A DNA stretch of 64,000 nucleotides, taken from an uncultured virus (IMG/VR IMGVR_UViG_3300022907_001216) (Duplodnaviria > Heunggongvirae > Uroviricota > Caudoviricetes). Positions 19,794-28,869 of the stretch are shown piece after piece. Position numbers and translations under genes: made by a program. Location: IMG/VR virus record IMGVR_UViG_3300022907_001216. One strand, 5' to 3'. The stretch's first letter is position 1, and each line of letters starts with the position of its first letter. The notes under the pieces are model-generated. The model searched no databases, was not told the DNA's origin, and worked only from the letters and a program-made list of their open reading frames with translations.

Positions 19794-20543
19794 ATGGATC
19801 ATATAAAATTTTATAATCAGCATCGCAATGCTGTATTAGAACCAAAACCACTTCCAGATTACAGTTTAGAAGATCAAACAAAATGGATTATTAGTGGACA
19901 TGGATATCAATACTTAGAATTAGATTGTTTATTTAATACTAAAGGTTGGTTATCGGATAGCAAACTTGCTGAGCCTTATTATGTAGCACACAGAGATGAA
20001 TCTACAGGCGAAGGAACACATCGAGGCTGGAGTAGTTGTGTACTACATGGTATTGATGTAGATAAGACAAATGTTTGGCAAACTTACGGATACGAAAAAG
20101 AACCTAATTATAACTGGACATCTTTAGGTAATAAAACAAAAAAAATTAAATTATTTTTTAAGTCTGTTTTTCCAGCTGAAACTTATGCCCGAATTAGGTT
20201 TATGAAATTGGAAGCAGGTGGATATATATCTCCTCATAATGATTACTCACCGTTTGTTACAAGTGAAAATTTATTTGATTGGCCTATTCCTGTAAACATA
20301 GCAATTGATCATCCTGACGAATGTCACATGACAATCAAAGATTCTGGAGTAGTACCCTTTAAGTCTGGAAAGATGATAATGTGTAATATTTTTAACGACC
20401 ATAGTGTAGTAAACAATAGTGAAAAAGATAGAATACATTTAATAGCTCATTGCTATTTAGGCAATAGAAAAAAAGAATACTGTGAACTAATTGTAGATAG
20501 TTATCGTAAACAACATGAACGTATATCAAAGCAAATTTACTGA
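19794..20543 (+). CDS. Fe(II)/2OG oxygenase, aspartyl/asparaginyl beta-hydroxylase-like
   Basis: RIRFMKLEAGGYISPHND...HSVVNNSEKDRIHLI. Confidence 0.75.
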   Translation: MDHIKFYNQHRNAVLEPKPLPDYSLEDQTKWIISGHGYQYLELDCLFNTKGWLSDSKLAEPYYVAHRDESTGEGTHRGWSSCVLHGIDVDKTNVWQTYGYEKEPNYNWTSLGNKTKKIKLFFKSVFPAETYARIRFMKLEAGGYISPHNDYSPFVTSENLFDWPIPVNIAIDHPDECHMTIKDSGVVPFKSGKMIMCNIFNDHSVVNNSEKDRIHLIAHCYLGNRKKEYCELIVDSYRKQHERISKQIY

Positions 20544-21672
20544 TAAAGATACTTGTGTATGTATTGTAAACGATGTTGCTGAATACACTGTAGACAAGCA
20601 ACTAGTAGTAAATCGTGCTGACTACACAATTAGTAACTTAACTGGCATGGGTTACACTGTGTTCGAAGACGCTAGTGTAGACAAACTACTACAATCAGCC
20701 TGTGCTAAATACGACCATGCTGTGGTAATAAGTGCTGGCACAGAATTCATTAACGGCACACAGTTTTTTGAGACACATCCTGAAGAATATGATTTGCTGT
20801 GTCACATACTGGACGGAGGTGATGCCTATTATGGAATACACCCGCAGTGTTTCAGCATTGACTTACAAACATATATAGATCTAGACTGTCCAGAGTTTGG
20901 AAAACCACAGTTCTTTACGGATTACCAGGCACTTGAACCAATGCGAAGTCACGGTAGCATACACGATGACTATTTGCCTACATGGATTGGCGCAGGTAAA
21001 ATAGAAGTAACGTACAAACACAAACAGGCAGGTTGGAATTTAATCAAAACCCTGCTAGACAATCATTATACTATTGAAGCATATTCTGAAGATCAACGTG
21101 GCGGCAAGTTTTATCAATACAGAGGCGGAGAAACCAGCAGTTATATCTATCAAAAATACAATTACTGTTTAACTACACACGTACATACACAAGCAACAGG
21201 AAAGCCTGACTATCCAAGAGTATATGATACACCTATTATGCGTCTTGTAGCACCTGCTAATCCACTTGCCGCAGAACAACGTGGCCCTGCTGCTGAACAC
21301 ATTTACTATGATTACAATCTCGCAGCACTAGAAGCAGCAGGTGGCGGCATACATGTTGATCCTATAAACACACCTGAACAGTTTGTAGCGCATATACCTA
21401 AAGACAATCCGCAAGGCACAGTAATTGACATGAGCAATGTGTTTTGTTATGAAGGTACTGCTGCTATGTACAGTATGCGTTATAGAGTTGCGCAAGAAAA
21501 TAAATTGATACTTGCTTTACAACAAGAATTGGGTGATGCGACTGTAATATTTGATCAAAGAGCAGCAGAGGGTATACAACCTTGGTGTGCCGAAACAGGA
21601 TTGGTTAAGGATTTAGTTCTTACTGATTTTGACTGTTTAAATCTGCCATCATGGCATCAAACTTTACTTTAG
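20515..21672 (+). CDS. Hypothetical protein
   Basis: 385-aa ORF overlapping the upstream gene; no motif I can assign. Confidence 0.7.
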   Translation: MNVYQSKFTDKDTCVCIVNDVAEYTVDKQLVVNRADYTISNLTGMGYTVFEDASVDKLLQSACAKYDHAVVISAGTEFINGTQFFETHPEEYDLLCHILDGGDAYYGIHPQCFSIDLQTYIDLDCPEFGKPQFFTDYQALEPMRSHGSIHDDYLPTWIGAGKIEVTYKHKQAGWNLIKTLLDNHYTIEAYSEDQRGGKFYQYRGGETSSYIYQKYNYCLTTHVHTQATGKPDYPRVYDTPIMRLVAPANPLAAEQRGPAAEHIYYDYNLAALEAAGGGIHVDPINTPEQFVAHIPKDNPQGTVIDMSNVFCYEGTAAMYSMRYRVAQENKLILALQQELGDATVIFDQRAAEGIQPWCAETGLVKDLVLTDFDCLNLPSWHQTLL

Positions 21673-22675
21673 TTCGTGCCTTAGGCGCACATATACCACA
21701 CCAACAACTAGACTTTTTACACACTATACCACGATTGTGTGCTTCTTTTATAATTTTGTTAGTGTCTGACAAATACCCAATTGGACCGATTGAATTTTGG
21801 TAATTCATTTTACAATCTTTATTAGTAAAAACTTCACCTGTAGTTTGTCTAATATATAAGAAATGATCTGCTACACTACAATGCCAGTTTTTAAATTTAT
21901 TATCAACATATTTTGTATAACAACCGCTGGCGCACAGTGTTTTGTTGCCACAACAAGCTCTACCTTCTGCGCTTAAATTTAATCCTTTTACAAAAGCGTG
22001 AGATAATTTATCTTTTAATGTAATTTTTTTGCCTAAAAGATATTCAGCTTGTTTAGCAGAATAGTTCCACCGCATATCTAACCAATGATGGTCCAATTGT
22101 CTTGCGTGATGAGGTATATTGTGTTTTTTACACCATTCAATCATTTCAACACAATCGTTCCAATGTCTTGGATCCATCATAATATTTACAGTAAAGTTTT
22201 TTTGTTTTTTTACACAATATTGTATGTTTTTCCTTACAATATTTTTTTGTTTTTGTGTCGCACTGGCATGATAGCTAATAGTATAGTAGTCAACATACTC
22301 AGTTATACGAGTCCACTGTCTAGCACCAACCACAGCATTTGTTATAAATGCTATGCCCATATACCAATCGTATTTTTGTCTTTTGAAGTTTATCCATTTC
22401 AGTATATCAACTATGTGAGGATGGAATAAACTTTCGCCACCTTGTATATTTAAATTGGCTTGTCTAGCCGATTCAGGACGCTCGGACATCTTGAGATCAA
22501 CATAGCGAAATATAAAATCTACAGTTTCATTACACTCGCCTAAACTAGGATGTTCTGTTTTGTTGTCATGCCCGTCTCCACAATACGCACAATCGAGATT
22601 ACATTTCAATGTGCTTTCCCAAGCAATTTGGAATATTCTATCTTCTTGTGGTATTAGTGTATCAAACTCAGGCAT
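21620..22675 (-). CDS. Radical SAM protein, type B with extra Cys insertion (B2)
   Basis: CNLDCAYC; QGGES; RACCG...CASGC; WHCSV; CKKSSCWCGICAPKA. Confidence 0.9.
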   Translation of the reverse strand: MPEFDTLIPQEDRIFQIAWESTLKCNLDCAYCGDGHDNKTEHPSLGECNETVDFIFRYVDLKMSERPESARQANLNIQGGESLFHPHIVDILKWINFKRQKYDWYMGIAFITNAVVGARQWTRITEYVDYYTISYHASATQKQKNIVRKNIQYCVKKQKNFTVNIMMDPRHWNDCVEMIEWCKKHNIPHHARQLDHHWLDMRWNYSAKQAEYLLGKKITLKDKLSHAFVKGLNLSAEGRACCGNKTLCASGCYTKYVDNKFKNWHCSVADHFLYIRQTTGEVFTNKDCKMNYQNSIGPIGYLSDTNKIIKEAHNRGIVCKKSSCWCGICAPKARTKVKFDAMMADLNSQNQ

Positions 22676-23576
22676 GTGCTCTCCACTTGGTGGTTATTGT
22701 TTCGCCGCTACATGGACAAGTGTATTTACTACATTTTACAGGTGCTATATCAATATCGGGTAAATCATATATATTGTAACCAAGGTCAGTTCCGCAATTG
22801 CCGCCAACGTTGCCCTGTCTATCTATTTTAACAATATCAACACCTAAATTACACTGCCAACCCTCAAAGTGATTGAGGTTGTTTACCACAAAGTAGTTGT
22901 CGTCTGTGTGTGCTTCGCCGTCTATACTGAATTCAGTTCTTGGCTTGCGTTGAACTTCCGTATACCAATCCATATCAGGATATTGTTTGATTGGATCACG
23001 CACATACTCAAGTTGTTCTTCGTTATAGCGGTGTTCGCCGTTATACAAAACAGTCTTAGCAAGCACAGGAAACGGCTTCCAACCGCCTGTTACAGCGTCT
23101 ACAAGCGTCTTACAGCGCCCAAAGTGGTCAGGATCCATTAACACATCAATGTTTGTTTCAACTTTATAATCGTATAATAGTTCGGCAACACCTAAACAAT
23201 GAGCAGCATCTCCTGCCTCGTGATGTAAACTAATATGGACCACATCAAAACAATGCCAATGCCTTTTCCACCAATTTAGGCTTTGACTAGCATTAGTACT
23301 TAAACATATTTTGATGTTGTGTGCCATTTTAAGTGTATTACACAGCCTTGGCAAGTGTTTCCACAGTGTAGGCTCACCGCCTATCAAATACAGTCTAGTA
23401 GGTCTGTCGTGTTGTTTGATATATTTCAGCAGTGCTGTTTCTAATCTATCTACATTAGGCCAACGCACTGTGCCTTCGTTAGCACCTGGAAAACAATAAT
23501 TACACTTGTAATTACAAGTGTTGCCCAAGTCTAATTCAATGACAAAATCTGTATCGTAATTTTTTATAGATATCAT
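22668..23576 (-). CDS. Radical SAM protein, type B
   Basis: CNYKCNYC; GGEPT; FEGWQCNLG...C...CSKYTCPCSGE. Confidence 0.9.
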   Translation of the reverse strand: MISIKNYDTDFVIELDLGNTCNYKCNYCFPGANEGTVRWPNVDRLETALLKYIKQHDRPTRLYLIGGEPTLWKHLPRLCNTLKMAHNIKICLSTNASQSLNWWKRHWHCFDVVHISLHHEAGDAAHCLGVAELLYDYKVETNIDVLMDPDHFGRCKTLVDAVTGGWKPFPVLAKTVLYNGEHRYNEEQLEYVRDPIKQYPDMDWYTEVQRKPRTEFSIDGEAHTDDNYFVVNNLNHFEGWQCNLGVDIVKIDRQGNVGGNCGTDLGYNIYDLPDIDIAPVKCSKYTCPCSGETITTKWRAHA

Positions 23577-24952
23577 AACAAGTGAGCTAATTCAGGAAAT
23601 ACATCTTTAGCATTTACTCCTCTAATAGCATCAAGTTTGTTTACATACTCTTTGAATCCCGGAAGCAGATGACTCTTGTCTTCGGCGTCCATATGATTTA
23701 GTATTGCTTCCCAACGTCTCCAACCATACGGATTTAATTCCCAAAAGTTAGGATCCTGTGTCCAACTGTCATATAAAAATTCTTTGAATTTTCCAAACAG
23801 TTCACGTATTTCTGCTTTGTCCTCTTTTGGTAATATTTGTATACTCATAAATGTTGGAATATACAATAAGTGCATATTGATTAGACCGCCGCCGACTTTT
23901 ACTCCACGAATTTCTTCTGTGTTTACTTTTTTAAAATCTTGTGATATTTTCCAGTGAATAAAGTCTGGCAAATGTTTAATGTTAAAAATTTGTATAGCAG
24001 TGGCAATACTTGGCCGTATGTTGTCAGGTGTATTATCCAACATGTGTAAGTTACGTTCTACAGTATCCCAGTCTGTTGGAAACCGTATGTAGTTGTTACG
24101 TGGTCCAGCAGCGTCCATACTAACACCTACTTTTACTATTTCAAAGTGTTTCCATAAATTAATTAAATCTTTATCAACTAATATGCCATTTGTATTATAG
24201 CGTAAACGTATACGTTTATGATAGCCTTGTCTAACAATTTCTTCGATAAACTTTTTGTGTTCTTTTATCATCAATGGCTCACCGCCAGCAAAGTATACTT
24301 CACGTAGATTAGGTATTTGTTTGTATAGATCGTCCCAGAATATTTCTTGTTCGTGCCACTTGTTGTTGAAAGCAGATTTATCCCATTGCATCTGTCTCTT
24401 GACTTCTAGATCTTTTAGCTGTGGCTCTAATACTTTCCAGTCCTTTACCCACTTGCTGCTGTCATGTGGCGAACACATTACACACTTGATATTACAAGTA
24501 TGCCCAAGACGCAGGTCTAAATATTGTAGTTCTTCTTTGTAGTATCCATCTTTGTGTGTTTCGTTTAATAAATCTTGTATATCAAGACCACGTTCCATCC
24601 AGGTTCCTGTTTCCCACACACGTTTGCTTACTACACCCTTTGATTCTTCAGCAAAACACTTTGTACAACTAGCAGGTATTTTACCATCCATCATGGTACG
24701 TCTTACACCACGCATGTATTCGCTGTTCCATGCTTCCATAGGAGATGTTGACGCAAAGTTTATATGCTGTCCGCTATCGTCTTTTACAATACCCACTGTA
24801 TGATCTGTGCCTGCTCCGCTGGCGTTAGCACTACAGCACAACCGCATATCTCCATTTGGACGTGTGGCCATGTGTATCCAAGGCAACGCACAAAAAGTTT
24901 CTGTTGCTTCTGCTTTTAGTCTGTTATTAAATAATTCTAAAAAGTCTGTCAT
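23573..24952 (-). CDS. Radical SAM protein with N-terminal twitch domain (type C)
   Basis: FCALPW...RLCC...WNS...CTKC; LDLRLGHTCNIKCVMC; FAGGEP; YNTNG. Confidence 0.9.
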   Translation of the reverse strand: MTDFLELFNNRLKAEATETFCALPWIHMATRPNGDMRLCCSANASGAGTDHTVGIVKDDSGQHINFASTSPMEAWNSEYMRGVRRTMMDGKIPASCTKCFAEESKGVVSKRVWETGTWMERGLDIQDLLNETHKDGYYKEELQYLDLRLGHTCNIKCVMCSPHDSSKWVKDWKVLEPQLKDLEVKRQMQWDKSAFNNKWHEQEIFWDDLYKQIPNLREVYFAGGEPLMIKEHKKFIEEIVRQGYHKRIRLRYNTNGILVDKDLINLWKHFEIVKVGVSMDAAGPRNNYIRFPTDWDTVERNLHMLDNTPDNIRPSIATAIQIFNIKHLPDFIHWKISQDFKKVNTEEIRGVKVGGGLINMHLLYIPTFMSIQILPKEDKAEIRELFGKFKEFLYDSWTQDPNFWELNPYGWRRWEAILNHMDAEDKSHLLPGFKEYVNKLDAIRGVNAKDVFPELAHLL

Positions 24953-25551
24953 TTGCGCCCAATCAAAAGATATCTATCATACAATGGTAATTTAAGAGTA
25001 TCCTCTGTATATATCTTTTGTAAACCACTGGACATTTTGAATTCTTCTAATGAATCATAACAACGAATATGATCAGCAATACTTTTATAATTGTTATTTT
25101 GTATAGCAATAGCACTTGTTTTTGGAACACGTTCTAACCATGTTTCATATTGTTCTTGTGTTATATGTTCTGTACTAGTGTTTATTACAAGATCAGGAGT
25201 AAATTCATATTCGTATGTACACATATCGCAAGTAATAGCATTAAATTTGCCTTCAATTTCTTGCCTCTTACAAATCATGTTAGCAACTTCTTCACAACTC
25301 GGATCTATATCAACACTACGTATGTCATTTATGTCTAATTTACTGTTAAACAACAAACTAGATAATACACCGTTCCAACCGCCAAAGATTACAATGTTCT
25401 CTTGACGCCAATGAGAATTATGTAGATGCTCTACAAGCCACACTTTGCTTTTAAGTTGTCCTTTCCAAAAACTTTCTAACACACCGAAATGATTTTCGTT
25501 GTTTCGCACAGCATCCATCCAAAATGCTACATCGTCTAAGTCTACCAACAT
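24949..25551 (-). CDS. Putative class I SAM-dependent methyltransferase
   Basis: FWKGQLKSKVWL, IFGGWNG, RSVDID, INTSTEH, AIQNNN, RYLLIG. Confidence 0.65.
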   Translation of the reverse strand: MLVDLDDVAFWMDAVRNNENHFGVLESFWKGQLKSKVWLVEHLHNSHWRQENIVIFGGWNGVLSSLLFNSKLDINDIRSVDIDPSCEEVANMICKRQEIEGKFNAITCDMCTYEYEFTPDLVINTSTEHITQEQYETWLERVPKTSAIAIQNNNYKSIADHIRCYDSLEEFKMSSGLQKIYTEDTLKLPLYDRYLLIGRK

Positions 25552-26528
25552 GTTTTAATCATTTCTTGTCTAATTTTTTTAAAGTGTTGAAAATTATGTT
25601 TTCTAATTTCTAACGTGGCTTGATTAAGTTCTTCTATAGAATAATTATTAATTGTATTATACAACGAATTGGCTGCCATGTAAAGTCTTTTTTTATAGTC
25701 TTCATTGTCATAACTTTCGTCCCAAATTTTATCAAAAGTTCTAAATCCAAGTTCTTTCAAATATTTTAAAGAATGCTTAGGTCCTACAATGATAAATGCT
25801 TGTTTACAAACTATAGGCTTCCATATTTTTTCGCTAAAAAACAAATTGCCAGTATTATTCCATTCTTGTCTATAATATGTTTCAGTTACAACATTTATTA
25901 AAGACTTAGCATATATTAAAGGATTATAATCATTTGGCCTTGAACCTATTCCGTCAATAGATATTTTATGAAAGTCGCTACTTACAAGTCCTTTATCTAA
26001 TATTTCATTATTTTGTAAATCTTGTATTAGTAAAACTCTATGTTCATGATGTCTGTTATTCAAACAACAAAAATACATATCTTTTCGATATGAAAACTTT
26101 TTTAATCTATAGTCTATAAGATTATCGTATACTCTATGATACCACTCGGGATAATAAAAAGCAGTAAAAACTTTTGGCAACTTATATTGTTGTAGCCAAT
26201 CTTCATATTCTTCTGCTGTGCTTTTTAAACTAGTAGAAAAATAAACTTTGTTGTGTAAATTATTTTCATTAACAAACGCATCTATTTTTTTAAATCTGCG
26301 TTTGGCATAACCTTCTAAGTTATCATGTAAAATATAAAAAACATTTTCATTTTCTTTTACATTTTTTATAATCTCTTCGTCATCGCGATCTCTAAAATAT
26401 TTTATAAAAAAATATTTTCCAACAGGATTTTCCTGCCAGTGTTGAAAAGACTTGTAAGGTAATCCAAATGGATCTGTATATCTATTATGAGCCTTATTAC
26501 TATAGTTTATGTTAGAATTGATTTCCAA
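25542..26528 (-). CDS. Putative glycosyltransferase (GT-B, GT10/exostosin-like C-terminal domain)
   Basis: CLNNR..HR, INVVTET...FSEKIWKPI...FIIVG...LKELGFRTF...DESYD. The E...(T/S)EK motif resembles the GT10 donor-binding motif. Paralog of 28866 and 31820. Confidence 0.5.
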   Translation of the reverse strand: MEINSNINYSNKAHNRYTDPFGLPYKSFQHWQENPVGKYFFIKYFRDRDDEEIIKNVKENENVFYILHDNLEGYAKRRFKKIDAFVNENNLHNKVYFSTSLKSTAEEYEDWLQQYKLPKVFTAFYYPEWYHRVYDNLIDYRLKKFSYRKDMYFCCLNNRHHEHRVLLIQDLQNNEILDKGLVSSDFHKISIDGIGSRPNDYNPLIYAKSLINVVTETYYRQEWNNTGNLFFSEKIWKPIVCKQAFIIVGPKHSLKYLKELGFRTFDKIWDESYDNEDYKKRLYMAANSLYNTINNYSIEELNQATLEIRKHNFQHFKKIRQEMIKTCW

Positions 26529-27418
26529 TGGTGTATAGTCCTTTCAACACCTTCTTCGTAAGATACTTTGGGTTTCCACCCAGTTTTACTTGTAAGAAGA
26601 TTATGATTACTATTAAGCCACCAAATTTCTCCGTGTCGTGGATCTTTTGTATCCCAGTTTATAGTTCCATTCCACCCTAATTGCTGTTGGATATAATGAG
26701 CACAATCTTTAATCTTACGTGGATCATCTGGTCCAATAGTATAGAAGTTGCCTTTACACGCATCTCTATTTTCAATTACAGCCATCCACGCATCTAGCAA
26801 GTCACTAATGTAAATAAAGTTTCTATAAGGTTCAGCATAACCTAAATTACAAGTATCACCTTTTATCATTTGAGAAATAATTTGTTCAGTAACGAAAAAG
26901 TCATTGTCTTTGCGTCCGTAACTATTAGTCTGTCTAAAACTAGCCCAAGGCAAACCGTATGCTCTACCAGCATATTCTAAATATTTTTCACAACCATACT
27001 TGGCAACAGCATAAGGAGCATTTGGATTAGGCTGCGTATATTCATCAAAAGCAACGCTTTCTTTATAAGTTCCGGTTTGTTCTACTTCATCTGAAATGGG
27101 TTGCCAGCCATAAACTTCCATTGTACTTGCGAATACAAAATAAGGTAATGTACTTAGTTGTCTACATGCTTCGATAAGATTTACTGTTCCTACATAATTT
27201 ACTTCACTAAAACTTACTTGTTCGTAAAAACTTTTTTGAACTTCTGTCCTTGCTGCTAAATGAACTACAATATCAGGATTTACTTCTTTTACTTCTTGTT
27301 GAATACCAGTGTGATGTGTCAAGTCTGTTTTTAATTCGTGAACTTCTCCAATTGCTTGTAATCTAGGTAACAAATGCTGTCCAATAAATCCGCTTGATCC
27401 AGTTAATAATATTTTCAT
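26507..27418 (-). CDS. NAD-dependent NDP-sugar epimerase/dehydratase (extended SDR)
   Basis: TGSSGFIG, VHLAA, ASTMEVYG, YAVAK (YxxxK), RNFIYISD. Start at 27418 is supported by SD AAGGAG. Confidence 0.92.
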   Translation of the reverse strand: MKILLTGSSGFIGQHLLPRLQAIGEVHELKTDLTHHTGIQQEVKEVNPDIVVHLAARTEVQKSFYEQVSFSEVNYVGTVNLIEACRQLSTLPYFVFASTMEVYGWQPISDEVEQTGTYKESVAFDEYTQPNPNAPYAVAKYGCEKYLEYAGRAYGLPWASFRQTNSYGRKDNDFFVTEQIISQMIKGDTCNLGYAEPYRNFIYISDLLDAWMAVIENRDACKGNFYTIGPDDPRKIKDCAHYIQQQLGWNGTINWDTKDPRHGEIWWLNSNHNLLTSKTGWKPKVSYEEGVERTIHHWKSILT

Positions 27419-27424
27419 GTAGAA

Positions 27425-27482
27425 CTCCTTACAGTATTTACGATCCATTAACCATGTACTTATTAGATCTGGTGGTTAAATA
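27425..27482. promoter_or_regulatory. Divergent late-type promoter boxes
   Basis: Minus: GTAAATA (27441-27435) followed by SD AAGGAG (27430-27425). Plus: TTAAATA (27476-27482), N4, ATG (27487). Confidence 0.6.
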
Positions 27483-27486
27483 CATT

Positions 27487-28074
27487 ATGTTTGATACGGT
27501 AGATAAGTTTGAAAAAGAAATAGCAGAATTTTTTGGTGCTCCATATGCTGTAAGCACTGACTGCTGTACTCATGCTATCGAATTAATTCTAAGATACAAG
27601 GAAGTAAAAAATGTATCTGTGCCAAAGCAAACATATCTAAGTGTACCTATGACAGCAAAAAAAGTAGGTGCTACTGTATCATGGGCAAACACTCGATGGG
27701 AAGAATATTATTATCTAAGTCAAAACATATACGATGCTGCTGTGTTATGGAGACGAAACAGTTATATTGTCAACAGTTATATGTGTTTAAGTTTTCAATT
27801 TAAAAAACATTTGAGTTTAGGTAGGGGTGGTGCTATACTTTTAAGTAGCAAGCAAGAAAGAGATGATTTAATAAAATTGGGATACGATGGCAGACATCGT
27901 AATGCTCCATGGGCAGAACAAGATATTCACAGTGCCGGATATCATTATTACATGACTCCAGAAACAGCACAACTAGGATTAGACAAATTGCCTGATGCTA
28001 TCAAATCAAAACCAAAACTTTGGACATACAAAGATTATCCAAACATTTATAATCTAATACACAATGTTATCTGA
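27487..28074 (+). CDS. DegT/DnrJ/EryC1/StrS family PLP aminotransferase, short form (195 aa)
   Basis: FEKEIAEFFGAPYAVSTDCCTHAIEL, IYDAA, LSFQFKKHLSLGRGGAIL, GYHYYM. Start moved to 27487. Confidence 0.8.
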   Translation: MFDTVDKFEKEIAEFFGAPYAVSTDCCTHAIELILRYKEVKNVSVPKQTYLSVPMTAKKVGATVSWANTRWEEYYYLSQNIYDAAVLWRRNSYIVNSYMCLSFQFKKHLSLGRGGAILLSSKQERDDLIKLGYDGRHRNAPWAEQDIHSAGYHYYMTPETAQLGLDKLPDAIKSKPKLWTYKDYPNIYNLIHNVI

Positions 28075-28869
28075 TAGAGACCAGCTACCTACATATGGGT
28101 AAATGTTTGCTTTATATTTTGCTCTTAGACATCTAAGAGTGGCATTTCCTACAGTATCGCCAACAAGATTATTTACATTTTCTGGTTTACGGTATTCTTT
28201 TTCTAAATCAACATGTAGTTCTTGAAAAATAACTTTTGTTTCTGGACGTAATTGTAAATCTAAATCGCTGTACATGTATTTTTCTAAAAGATTCATGTGT
28301 CCTATTACATCAGGATGTAAATCGTCTAACAACCCATTCCAAGCATTACCTTTTTCATCAAACTCAATACAAATAGGCAACTTGGGTAATTTATCTTTGT
28401 ATAATTCTTCAAACTTTTTACCAGCTAATAAATCTAAAGATTTAATATATGCTCCGCCGTCGCCTATGTGTGGATCAAATGCCATACCTTGCCAAAAAAT
28501 ATTGTCTTTCCAAGCACGGTTAACTGTAATAATTTCACTATAATTGAAAACTAAATCTTCTGGATAATTCCATCTATCTTGAAGCCATTTCATTTCTCTA
28601 CCGTGAGCAAAAATACTACCAACCGCTTGATATTCTCCATCGTGTATATGATCCCAACGTTCAAAACTTGACCAAAGTATTACAATTTTATCTTCAGGTT
28701 GAATGTTAAATTTAGCATCAGCTTCAACTATACGATTCATAATACCTCTATTGCCTAAGCCTGCTATAGCAAAATTGTATATAGGTATTTGTAAATCATA
28801 CGCCATAATAGTAGCCCATGTAGGCCAAGCATAATTTGTAAAACTACAACCAAACGCAAATAATCTCAT
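28054..28869 (-). CDS. SGNH/GDSL-like hydrolase or acyltransferase (GCSFT variant)
   Basis: LFAFGCSFT, NFAIAGLGN, DDLHP near the C-terminus. Confidence 0.6.
   Translation of the reverse strand: MRLFAFGCSFTNYAWPTWATIMAYDLQIPIYNFAIAGLGNRGIMNRIVEADAKFNIQPEDKIVILWSSFERWDHIHDGEYQAVGSIFAHGREMKWLQDRWNYPEDLVFNYSEIITVNRAWKDNIFWQGMAFDPHIGDGGAYIKSLDLLAGKKFEELYKDKLPKLPICIEFDEKGNAWNGLLDDLHPDVIGHMNLLEKYMYSDLDLQLRPETKVIFQELHVDLEKEYRKPENVNNLVGDTVGNATLRCLRAKYKANIYPYVGSWSLSDNIVY

Noticed and set aside
23091..23120. Short imperfect tandem repeat (tacagcgtct acaagcgtct tacagcgccc)
   Set aside because: Three degenerate 10-mers inside a coding region with no spacers; not a CRISPR array or a convincing functional repeat.
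27394..27486. Head-to-head overlap of the epimerase and aminotransferase ORFs as given in the track
   Set aside because: An artefact of longest-ORF starts. Family motifs, the SD and the promoter boxes place the starts at 27418 and 27487, leaving a 68-bp gap.
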